Assembly: GCA_016235455.1 (NCBI GenBank)
Contig: JACRKZ010000012.1
Location: 1-64,000 of the forward strand
Direction: 5' to 3'
From: Armatimonadota bacterium
GTDB lineage: Bacteria; Armatimonadota; UBA10988
DNA: 64,000 nt
The notes beneath the pieces were generated by a model, which was not told where the DNA came from, ran no database searches, and saw only the letters and a program-made list of their open reading frames with translations. This document shows positions 19,567-28,016 of this stretch, in pieces. Position 1 is the first letter of the stretch; each line of letters opens with the position of its first letter. A program made the translations under genes and the position numbers.

Positions 19567-20391
19567 ATGCCCAACATCAGCGTGACCATGGGTGCGTGGA
19601 ACCTCTCGCATCCGCTCGACTTCACGGTGAGCCGACCGCAAGGGCTGTCCGAATGGCTCTTCGTCTGCTTCCGCGTGCCGGTGGAACTGAAAATCGACGG
19701 CGCTCTGGTGCGCGGCGAGGCCGGCGACTGCATCCTCTACGAGCCCGGCGCGCCCCAGTGGTATCGCGGTCGCGGCGTGGGCCTCGACAACGACTGGCTG
19801 CACCTCGACGGACCCGGTATGGCCGAGGTGGCGCGCCGCTATGAACTGCCGGTCAACCGGCTCTTCCGCCCGCGCGACGTGGGCTTCGTGCCCGGCCTCA
19901 TTCAGGCCGTGCTGCACGAGCAGACCGCCGCCCGGCCCTATGCCGACCACGCCGCGGCCCTGCTGGTCGAGGAGCTGTGCCTGCGCCTGGGCCGCGCCTG
20001 CCACGCCGACTCGCCCATGGGCCTGACGCCCACCGAGGCCAGCCACTACGAGCTGTTCCAGTCCATCCGCGCCCAGGTCCACCAGCGCCTGCGGGAGCCG
20101 TGGGACGTGCCGCGCATGGCCAGCCTGGCCCACCTGAGCGTGCCGCGCTTCGCCGTGCTCTACAAGCGCTTCTACAACATCAGCCCGGTGGAGGATCTGA
20201 TCCGCGTGCGCCTGTCCTATGCGCAGCACCTGCTCACCAACACCACCATGAGCGTGGGCGAAGCCGCCGCGCAGAGCGGGTTCGACAACGTCTGCCACTT
20301 CAGCCGGCTGTTCCGCCGCCGCGTGGGCTGCGCACCGCGCCACTACCACCGCGTCGCCGCCGGCTCCTGGGCCGAGCACGGCCCCTCATGA
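19567..20391 (+). CDS. AraC-family transcriptional regulator
   Basis: N-terminal cupin-like AraC-binding domain; C-terminal double HTH (AQHLLTNTTMSVGEAAAQSGFDNVCHFSRLFRRRVGCAPRHY). Confidence 0.92.
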   Translation: MPNISVTMGAWNLSHPLDFTVSRPQGLSEWLFVCFRVPVELKIDGALVRGEAGDCILYEPGAPQWYRGRGVGLDNDWLHLDGPGMAEVARRYELPVNRLFRPRDVGFVPGLIQAVLHEQTAARPYADHAAALLVEELCLRLGRACHADSPMGLTPTEASHYELFQSIRAQVHQRLREPWDVPRMASLAHLSVPRFAVLYKRFYNISPVEDLIRVRLSYAQHLLTNTTMSVGEAAAQSGFDNVCHFSRLFRRRVGCAPRHYHRVAAGSWAEHGPS

Positions 20392-21143
20392 GCCACGCGG
20401 TCGACATGGCCGACGCCGTCGCCACCTTCGCCCACGGCTACGCCTGGCAGCGCAGCCGCACCTGGCCCTACCTGGCTGAGCGCTGTGGCCCGCTGTGGCG
20501 GCTGTACGACGCCGAACGCACGCGCGGCGACTACCGGCGCGAGGAGTTTGTCGCCGTCGGCGACGACCCGGCCGAGGTCGATGCACTGGCGAAGGCCACA
20601 ACGCGCGGGCGCTACGCGATCTGCGCGGTTCACCCCGGCCTCACGCCAATCACCAACCTGCGTGACGCCTACAAGGCGCTCGGCTATCGGCTCGGCGCGA
20701 CCGAGCCGCTGATGGTCCATGGCCTGGCCGACCTGCCCACTCCGCCGACGCCCGACGGCGTGACGCTGACTAAGGTGACCACGCCCGATCTCGCGCAACG
20801 GCTGGCGCACGCCACCGGCGAGTCGGCCCGGCGTCGGCCCGCCTACCTGGAGCCAGACAGCCCCGAACGGCAATGGGTGGCGTTGGCCGGCGAGGAGCCC
20901 GTGGGCTGGCTCACCAGCACGCTCGTGCCGAGCGGCCACACGTGGTGCGGCAACATGTACGTGCCGCCCCAGCACCGCCGCCGAGGCATCGCCCGCGCGC
21001 CGCTGGCCACCATGCTGGCCGACGACCGCGAGCGTGGCGCGCGCGGCGCGGTGCTGCTGGCCAGCCATACCGGCGCGCTGCTCTATCCCGTGGTCGGCTA
21101 CGAGCAGACGGGCACGCTGCTGGCGTTCACGCCTCGGCGCTGA
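20388..21143 (+). CDS. GNAT-family N-acetyltransferase
   Basis: MYVPPQHRRRGIARA acetyl-CoA motif; ALLYPVVGY; ATGA overlap with the AraC stop. Confidence 0.85.
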   Translation: MSHAVDMADAVATFAHGYAWQRSRTWPYLAERCGPLWRLYDAERTRGDYRREEFVAVGDDPAEVDALAKATTRGRYAICAVHPGLTPITNLRDAYKALGYRLGATEPLMVHGLADLPTPPTPDGVTLTKVTTPDLAQRLAHATGESARRRPAYLEPDSPERQWVALAGEEPVGWLTSTLVPSGHTWCGNMYVPPQHRRRGIARAPLATMLADDRERGARGAVLLASHTGALLYPVVGYEQTGTLLAFTPRR

Positions 21144-21186
21144 ATCCGGGTTGGGCGCTGCCCAGCACGACATCGGCGGTCGGCTC

Positions 21187-23154
21187 TTAGCGCCAGCGAT
21201 GGTCGCGGGTGACGGGGTTGGCCGGCACCTGGCGCAGGTACGGTCCGCGCCAATCGCCATGCCAGTCCACGCGCTGGCCGGCGGCATCGAGCGCGGCCGC
21301 GGGCGCCGCGCGGCGCGTCAGGTCCTCCAGGCTGGCCGGCAGCAGGCCACTGTCGGCCTGGAAGCGGCCGAGGGCGTCGAGCAGGGCTTGGCGCCGCTCG
21401 ACATACTGTCGCGGCACCTGGCGCAAGCGCGGTGCGAACCACGGGCTGGCCGCCAGGATGGCGGCCGCGACCACCATCGTGACCAGCATCGCGCGCGACG
21501 CGGCGCGCAGGCTGACCGTGGTGTCCGCCAGACGCTCCTCGTCCCACATCCTGCGGTTGGCCAGCCTCGCCAGGACCACTCCGACGGCCAGCCCAGCGGT
21601 CAACCAGTAGCTGCTCTGTGGCGCCAGGATGCGGATCAGGATCATGGCCACCAAGGCGATGGCCGGCGCGGCTTGGAACGCCCATCGCGGCCAACCGGGC
21701 CAGCGCTCTGAGCCGCGGTCGAGCAGCGTACTGGCCAGCAGCAGCGGCAGCAGCAGCGCGCCTGGCAGCTTCAGTAAGCCGGCCAACGGGATGGGTCCAA
21801 GCAGCGTTCCGTCGATCCACGCCGCAACGATGCAGACCGTCAGAACGGCGGCATTGGTCAAGGCCGCGCGCGGCCCGCCGGGCGCCAACACGACTGCGAG
21901 GAGCAGCAGCGGCCACAGCGCCAGCAGACCAAACAGCCCACCCAACGCCATGGCCACCATCGCCACCGCGCCAAGCGCCTGGCAGGTGAAGAGCAGCGTG
22001 GCGACGGCCACCAGCGACCAGCCCAGGCTGACACCCCAGCGCCAGCGTTCCCGCGCCACGAGCCACCCACAGGCCAACCACCAGCAGAGCAGCATCATGC
22101 CCACCTGGCCGGTCAGCAGCCGGGCGGCGGTGAGTGGCTCGCGGTAGTGGTAGTCGTGCGCGCCTTGGGCTGAACGTAACCCCGAGGGGTCGTACCGGCG
22201 CACCAGCGACGGTTCGACCGGCTCAAAGCGCAGGTCGACCATTTGGTCCAGCGTCACCACGCCATGGTACCGGCTGTCCCAGGCGCCGCTGGCCGGGTCG
22301 CGCCAGGCGGCCACCATCGCTAGACCAGGCGGCTGGCCGCCGCCCGCCGGGCTCTTTTCGCTATGCAGGCTGGTGGCCAGGGCCATCGGCTCGGACGCCG
22401 TGACCAGCAGCCGCAACAGTGTCCGCGGCGAGCCGCTGAGCCTCGAGATACGCAACGGGAAGTAGGGCTGCGGCGTGGCGAACCGGATCGACAGCGGCGG
22501 CAACGCTCCCGGCGTGGCGGCGTGTTCGGGCGGGATGCGCACGGCGACGAAACTATGGCCCGAGCCCGAGTAGGTGGCGGCCTCACGGGCCAGGTCCCGG
22601 GGCGCCTCGAACCCGGCGCCGCCAAGCCACTCGACCAACGCTGCGCCGGTGCGCGAGGTCAGCACGCTGACCTCGTAGCGCAAGTGCTGGCCTTGCGACA
22701 ACAACCGCACCTCGGGCGCCGAGGTGACCTTCGTGAGCGATGGAGGCGGCTCGGCTGGCCCGCGACTGATGTTCGGCGAAGGCATGAAGTCGAGGAAGGC
22801 CAGCGGCCCCGTCTGGGCGAGGACCCCCGACTCGATCAGCCGCTCGCGCTGCGCCGAGCGCGCAAACGCCGCCTTGAGCTGCGCCGGGTCGGCCACGCTG
22901 ATATCAGAGTCCTGGGGCTGGCCCGGCACCGGCAGCAGCCAGCAGAAGCCGCGCGCTGACCCGCGATGCGCGATGGCGACGGTCAGTGTCTCAGTGCCCG
23001 ATTCCCACTGAATCCAGGCCGTCTGCGCCGTCTCTAGCACCGGCTGCGCGCCGCCCGGCAGCGCTGTGGTCATCCGCAACGGAACCAACATCCCGTCGCC
23101 CCAGGCCGCGCCCACAACCAACAGCAACCACCAGGCCCCCCGTCGCACGCCCAT
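21187..23154 (-). CDS. DUF2330-like secreted domain fused to a multi-TM region and a C-terminal GspG/pseudopilin-like domain
   Basis: Signal peptide; ETLTVAI...FCWLLPVPG...YEVSVL...LVEWL...FVAVRI...LPPLSIRF...YFPLRIS; about 8 TM helices; ALGRFQADSGLLPASLEDL...WRGPYLRQVPANPVT. Confidence 0.7.
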   Translation of the reverse strand: MGVRRGAWWLLLVVGAAWGDGMLVPLRMTTALPGGAQPVLETAQTAWIQWESGTETLTVAIAHRGSARGFCWLLPVPGQPQDSDISVADPAQLKAAFARSAQRERLIESGVLAQTGPLAFLDFMPSPNISRGPAEPPPSLTKVTSAPEVRLLSQGQHLRYEVSVLTSRTGAALVEWLGGAGFEAPRDLAREAATYSGSGHSFVAVRIPPEHAATPGALPPLSIRFATPQPYFPLRISRLSGSPRTLLRLLVTASEPMALATSLHSEKSPAGGGQPPGLAMVAAWRDPASGAWDSRYHGVVTLDQMVDLRFEPVEPSLVRRYDPSGLRSAQGAHDYHYREPLTAARLLTGQVGMMLLCWWLACGWLVARERWRWGVSLGWSLVAVATLLFTCQALGAVAMVAMALGGLFGLLALWPLLLLAVVLAPGGPRAALTNAAVLTVCIVAAWIDGTLLGPIPLAGLLKLPGALLLPLLLASTLLDRGSERWPGWPRWAFQAAPAIALVAMILIRILAPQSSYWLTAGLAVGVVLARLANRRMWDEERLADTTVSLRAASRAMLVTMVVAAAILAASPWFAPRLRQVPRQYVERRQALLDALGRFQADSGLLPASLEDLTRRAAPAAALDAAGQRVDWHGDWRGPYLRQVPANPVTRDHRWR

Positions 23155-23239
23155 CGCAGCGCTCCCGACGGGAGGATACCCGGTCAGCAGTGATGTATAA
23201 CATCCACGCGCAACGGCCGCGCAACTACTGGCCGCCGGC

Positions 23240-24598
23240 TCAGCGCGCCGCGTCCAGCGTCTTGACGCACAGCCCCGGATCGTCGGTCAAGATGCCCGTC
23301 ACGCCCAGCGACGCCAGCCGCTGCATGTCCGCCGGTCCGTTCACGGTCCAGGCGTAGACCGCCATGCCACGCTGCGCCGCCTCGCGCATGAACTCGGGGG
23401 TGAGGCTGCCGTAAGCGGCATTGAACCCGCGCACACCAACCAGGAGCAGGTCGCGGAGGTAGCCGGCCTGGCGCTTGGCGGGCACCGAGCAGATGAGCAC
23501 GATGGGCGAATTCGGCAGGCTGGCGCGCGCCGCGGCAGCCTCGGCCACGGTCCACGGGCCCAGCAGCACCTGGTCTTCCATGCCGCGTTCGACGACCAAT
23601 CTGGCGATGTCGGCGGTCAGCCCGGTCTGCTTGAGGTCCAGCAGCAGCGAGCCGCGGCCCTTGGCCAGGTCCAGCATCTCGGCCAGTGTCGGCACCGGCT
23701 CGCCCTTGTACTTGGCGTCCTTCCAGGAGCCGGCATCGAGCTGCTTGATCTCGGCCAGAGTCATGTCCTCGGGCTTGCGCGGGTCGCCTGCCGTGCGCTG
23801 GAACGTGCCGTCGTGCAGCAGCACGATGTGGCCGTCTCGACTGCGCCGCACATCGACTTCCACCACGCTCGCGCCAGCGTCGAAGGCTTCGCGCGCCGAG
23901 GCCAGCGTGTTCTCCGGCGCATGGGCCGAGTTGCCGCGGTGGCCAACGACGATGGGCGCGCCGCGTTCGACGCCAGGCTCGGCCGGCGGCAGCTTCTCCA
24001 CGCGCAGGTTGCCAAACGTGGCCGAGACGTCGCTGACCAACAGGCCCACGCGCCCGGCATCGCGCTCGGCCACGGGGCTGGTCAGCACCAGCACGCCGTC
24101 GATGAAGGCCCGCGCCTGGCCGCCGCGCACTTCCGTGCGCAGCCGGTGGCTCACGCCGGTCTCAGCCTTGGTCGAGCCGGCAGTCTTGGCCGTCACGCGC
24201 CACGCCACCTTGGCCACCGAGCCCACGCCACGCGCTATCTCAAGCCCGTTAGGCGCGCTGCGGTCGAAGCGGTTGGTGAACAACGTGAAGCCGCTGTCGT
24301 CGAGCCGCGTGACCAGCGCCAGCCAACGGCCAGAGTTCTTGGCCGAGTCGAAGGCGGCATCCACCTCGACCGCCACATCGGCCAGCGGCGGCACAGGCAG
24401 CGTCAGCAGCGCCAGGCCATTGACCCCATCGACCTTCAGCTGACCGTCGGCCACGGTCCACCGGCCGCCCTGGGCCACGAAGCCCTCGGGCAGCGCGCCG
24501 GCCTGGGCGAAAGCCTGGGTCAGCACCGGCTCACCGGTCAGTGGCGCCTCGCTCGGCGCGGCCAGCAGTAGCAACGATACGAACAACGACGACCACAC
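23240..24598 (-). CDS. Glycerophosphodiester phosphodiesterase with N-terminal ConA/DUF1080-like domain
   Basis: VGHRGNSAHAPENTLAS, EVDVRRSRDGHIVLLHD, AWTVN, GILTDDP; signal peptide. Confidence 0.9.
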   Translation of the reverse strand: MWSSLFVSLLLLAAPSEAPLTGEPVLTQAFAQAGALPEGFVAQGGRWTVADGQLKVDGVNGLALLTLPVPPLADVAVEVDAAFDSAKNSGRWLALVTRLDDSGFTLFTNRFDRSAPNGLEIARGVGSVAKVAWRVTAKTAGSTKAETGVSHRLRTEVRGGQARAFIDGVLVLTSPVAERDAGRVGLLVSDVSATFGNLRVEKLPPAEPGVERGAPIVVGHRGNSAHAPENTLASAREAFDAGASVVEVDVRRSRDGHIVLLHDGTFQRTAGDPRKPEDMTLAEIKQLDAGSWKDAKYKGEPVPTLAEMLDLAKGRGSLLLDLKQTGLTADIARLVVERGMEDQVLLGPWTVAEAAAARASLPNSPIVLICSVPAKRQAGYLRDLLLVGVRGFNAAYGSLTPEFMREAAQRGMAVYAWTVNGPADMQRLASLGVTGILTDDPGLCVKTLDAAR

Positions 24599-24698
24599 AG
24601 CAGTCTCTCCACAGCCACAATCATCGCCCGGCCGGGTTAGGCCGCGACGGCTCGCGGGTTAGCGGCGCGTCAAGCTGGATCCCGGCCGACTCAGGCCA

Positions 24699-25832
24699 TC
24701 ACCCGAACGTCGGCACCTCCACCCGCGCGCCGCCCTGCATGGCCGATTCGTGCGCACAGATGCCGGCTGCGGTCCAGTTGGCCGCGGTCACCGCGCTGAT
24801 CGCCGAGGGCCGACCCTCGACGATGCTGCGCACGAACTCATGCACCAGGTGCGGATGCGAGCCGTGATGCCCACCGCCCTGCTCGAACGACAGGTGCGTC
24901 TCCTGGTTGTTGTAGACGAAGCGCTGGGTGTACCGGGCGATCTCGGGCGGCAGCAGGTCGGCGCGGTCGGCCGGCACCGGCCGGCTGGCGCTGCCCGCGC
25001 GGCGCGAGCCGGGCTCGACCGGCGACATGGTGAACAGCACCGGGTCCTCGCGCTCCATCTGCCACTCGTAGCAGGCGTTCTCGCCATAGACCACGAAGCT
25101 CTCCATGTACTCGCGCGCGGCGTGGAACAAGGTGCGCGTCACCTCGGCGGCCAGGCCCTCGGCTTCGAGCTGGAAGATGGCCGTCTCGATGGGAAACGGC
25201 TGGCCGTAGCGCGCCTGCAGCTCGGGCCGCATGGTGCCCGACCCGAAGCAGTGCACGCTCACCGCGCGCGTGTCGGCGATGGCCAGCAGCGGCGCGACGG
25301 CGTGGGTGGCATACCACATCGGCGGCAGGCCCAGCCAATAGGGCGGCCACTGCTCCATATCCTGATAGTGCGCGCCACGCAGGAACTGGATGCGGCCGAA
25401 GGCGCCGTCGGCCAACAGGCTCCTGGCATGGAAGAACTGGCGCGTGTAGACCGCCGTCTCCATCATCATGTAGTTGCGGCCGGAGACGCGTTCGGCGGCC
25501 ACCACGGCGCGCAGGTCGGCCAGGCTGGTGGCCATGGGCACGGTCGAGGCGCAGTGCTTGCCGCAGCCCAACGCCGCGATGGCCTGGGCGGCGTGGTCGG
25601 GAATGCCGGAGACGAGATGCACCGCGTCGATGTCGTCGGCAGCCAGCAGGTCGTCGAAGCTCTCGAAGCGCCGATGCACGGCGAAGCGTCCGCCGACACT
25701 CGCCAGCCGCTCGGGGTCGAGGTCACAGATGGCCACCGAGGCCACGTCGGGATGGTCGAGGTAGATCGGCACGAACTCCTTGCCGAAGCCAAGCCCCACC
25801 ACCGCCACGCGTATGCCGTCCGCCTTGCCCAT
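24699..25832 (-). CDS. Gfo/Idh/MocA-family oxidoreductase
   Basis: VAVVGLGFG Rossmann motif; GKHCASTVPMA; GGHHGSHPHLVHEF. Confidence 0.88.
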   Translation of the reverse strand: MGKADGIRVAVVGLGFGKEFVPIYLDHPDVASVAICDLDPERLASVGGRFAVHRRFESFDDLLAADDIDAVHLVSGIPDHAAQAIAALGCGKHCASTVPMATSLADLRAVVAAERVSGRNYMMMETAVYTRQFFHARSLLADGAFGRIQFLRGAHYQDMEQWPPYWLGLPPMWYATHAVAPLLAIADTRAVSVHCFGSGTMRPELQARYGQPFPIETAIFQLEAEGLAAEVTRTLFHAAREYMESFVVYGENACYEWQMEREDPVLFTMSPVEPGSRRAGSASRPVPADRADLLPPEIARYTQRFVYNNQETHLSFEQGGGHHGSHPHLVHEFVRSIVEGRPSAISAVTAANWTAAGICAHESAMQGGARVEVPTFG

Positions 25833-25931
25833 CGTCGCGCCTCCGCTGCGTCACGGGCAGCGAGTTCGGGGGCACTGCGGGGGATCCTGCCGATGTCGAT
25901 GCCACACCAACCCTGTTGGCCGGCCAACGAT

Positions 25932-26001
25932 CCGCAGATGACGCAGATAACGCAGACGGCGGATCGTCTCATCTGAGTACTGCGTACCTGCGAATCTTCG
26001 G
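25932..26001. repeat. Intergenic 9-nt-period CGCAGAT repeat with a degenerate inverted copy (REP/MITE-like)
   Basis: CCGCAGATGACGCAGATAACGCAGA (25932-25956), followed by degenerate TCTGAGTACTGCGTACCTGCGAATCTTCGG. Confidence 0.55.
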
Positions 26002-26043
26002 AGCGATTCCGCTCAGGTTGCCCGCAGGCCGCGGCGCCTGCCC

Positions 26044-27567
26044 TCAGCGCACCACGGACAGCCGGTCCCACATGTCGCACTCCGCGGTACGCACGCCGTC
26101 GATCACCTGGGGCTGGTCGTCGAGCACCATGGCATTGTCACGCGCCGCAACATAGGCCGGCCAGTCGGGCAGGCCCGGCGCCGACGGCGCTCCAGAGATC
26201 GCGAAGTTGGCCCAGGCTGTGTTCATCAGTTCGGCCAGCCGGCGATGGTTCTGCCGGTACTGCACACCGTCCACCTGGCCGAAGACGAACGGGATCTCCG
26301 CGCCGTGAAACGCGCCCAGCCCCAGCCGGTTCGACAGCGCCGTCGTCTCGCGGAACCAGTAGCGCCAAGTGGGCTGGCCGGCAGCGGCATGCCAGCGCGC
26401 CACGCGCCGGCAGGTAGCCGTGAACGACGCGTCGCCCAGCGCGGCGGTGTAGACAGTGGCAGCATCGGCATCGGTCTTGACCGGATAGACGCGCATTACC
26501 TCGGCGCCGGCGGTGGGTGACAGGCGGTTGAGCAGCGCCTCCAGTTCGCGCTTAGTGCGCGGGCCGCCGCGCATCGCGAAGAGCGTGCCCTCGTCGCCGT
26601 TGCTGCCAATGAGCAGCGGCACCGCCGCGCCGCGGCCCGCGGCCAGCGTGGCGGCGGGGCTCTCCGTGAGCACCGTGCCGTCGAGGCAGAGCATGTCCTG
26701 GCCGCTGGTGCCCGGCGTGGCGCCGATGCCGTGATAGGCCTTGACCAGATCCGCCGCCGGCAGGCGCCGCAGCGCGGCCAGCGAGGTGTCGCGCACACCG
26801 GCATCGGCCAGCTTGCGCAGCCAAATGGTCTGCGACGCGGCCACGGTGCGCACGCCGTTGGGCGCGGCGCCGCTCTGGGCGATGGCGCGGTGGAACAGCC
26901 CCCGGGCCGCCGGGCTGGCCAGCAGTGTGCAGGTGCTCAGCGCGCCGGCCGATTCGCCGAAGATGGTCACGCAGCCCGGATTGCCGCCGAACGCGGCGAT
27001 GTTGTCGCGCACCCAGCGGAGCGCGGCAATCTGGTCGAGCAGGCCCCAGTTGCCCTGCGGCCCGGCGCCGAGCCCGGCGTGCGTCAGGAACCCGAACGCG
27101 CCCAACCGGTAGTTGATGGTGACCACGATCACGCCGCGCCGGGCGAGCTGGGTGCCGTCGTAATAGCCCTTGGCCGAGCCGCCGTTGACCAGCCCGCCGC
27201 CATGGATCCAGACCATGACCGGCCGCGGCTGCGCGCGGTCGGCGGGGCACCAGAGGTTGAGCGTCAGGCAGTCCTCGCTCTGCTTGGCCTCGGCCGCGCG
27301 GCCGCGTTCGAACGGCTGGTCGCTGGCCTCCTGCGGGCAGCAGTCGCCAAAAGCCGTGCAAGCGCGGGCGGTCGTCCACGGTGTGGGCGGCTGCGGCGGA
27401 CACCAGCGCAGCTCACCGACCGGCGGCGCCGCATACGGCAAGCCGAGGTAGGTCACGATGCCGTTGCCGGCCGTGCCGGTAACCGGGCCAGCGGTGGTGC
27501 GGACCAGCGTCTCGGGTGCGGCGAAGGCGGCGGCGGCAACGAACACGGCGAGCAGGCAGCGGCGCAT
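26044..27567 (-). CDS. Type-B carboxylesterase (para-nitrobenzyl esterase-like), secreted
   Basis: GLPYAAPPVGELRW, SEDCLTLN, WIHGGG, NYRLG, FGESAG nucleophile, FHGAEIPFVFG. Confidence 0.93.
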   Translation of the reverse strand: MRRCLLAVFVAAAAFAAPETLVRTTAGPVTGTAGNGIVTYLGLPYAAPPVGELRWCPPQPPTPWTTARACTAFGDCCPQEASDQPFERGRAAEAKQSEDCLTLNLWCPADRAQPRPVMVWIHGGGLVNGGSAKGYYDGTQLARRGVIVVTINYRLGAFGFLTHAGLGAGPQGNWGLLDQIAALRWVRDNIAAFGGNPGCVTIFGESAGALSTCTLLASPAARGLFHRAIAQSGAAPNGVRTVAASQTIWLRKLADAGVRDTSLAALRRLPAADLVKAYHGIGATPGTSGQDMLCLDGTVLTESPAATLAAGRGAAVPLLIGSNGDEGTLFAMRGGPRTKRELEALLNRLSPTAGAEVMRVYPVKTDADAATVYTAALGDASFTATCRRVARWHAAAGQPTWRYWFRETTALSNRLGLGAFHGAEIPFVFGQVDGVQYRQNHRRLAELMNTAWANFAISGAPSAPGLPDWPAYVAARDNAMVLDDQPQVIDGVRTAECDMWDRLSVVR

Positions 27568-27645
27568 GGTGTCACTCCTCGCAGCGCAGTGACGCCCGCT
27601 GGCGCCGCGACGTTCAGTGCCGCGTTTGGCCAAGGTGTGAACGGC

Positions 27646-27927
27646 TCACGCGACGCGTTTGGGCCAGGCGATGAGGCCCAGCGTGAACCAGATGGCCGAG
27701 AGCAGCGCCCAGGTGCCGTCGGCGAAGACGTTGATGCGGTGCATGTCCTGGCCGGTGCTCGCCGCGATCATCGCGGGCGCACCGGTGCTGGGGTTGCTGG
27801 CCAGCCGCGTGAAGCGCTCGGTGGCCTCGACCAGCAAGCCGTAGTCGGAGACGAGCATGACCACGCTCAGCGCGAACGCCGCCGTCGCGGGCAGCAGGAC
27901 CAGGCCGATGATCACCGAGCGATGCAT
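27646..27927 (-). CDS. Small two-TM hypothetical protein
   Basis: GGGAG RBS, ATG at 27927, two hydrophobic segments. Confidence 0.55.
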   Translation of the reverse strand: MHRSVIIGLVLLPATAAFALSVVMLVSDYGLLVEATERFTRLASNPSTGAPAMIAASTGQDMHRINVFADGTWALLSAIWFTLGLIAWPKRVA

Positions 27928-28016
27928 TGCTTGCTCCCTGGACGCCAACCCCGGCGCTCCGGCAGGTCCAGGCGGCCCGGCGCCGAACCATGCCCGCGGA
28001 CCGCGGACCACGAACC

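Noticed and set aside
25880-25910. Possible sigma54 promoter (TGGCATCG) upstream of the oxidoreductase
   Set aside because: The GG-N10-GC spacing is not satisfied.
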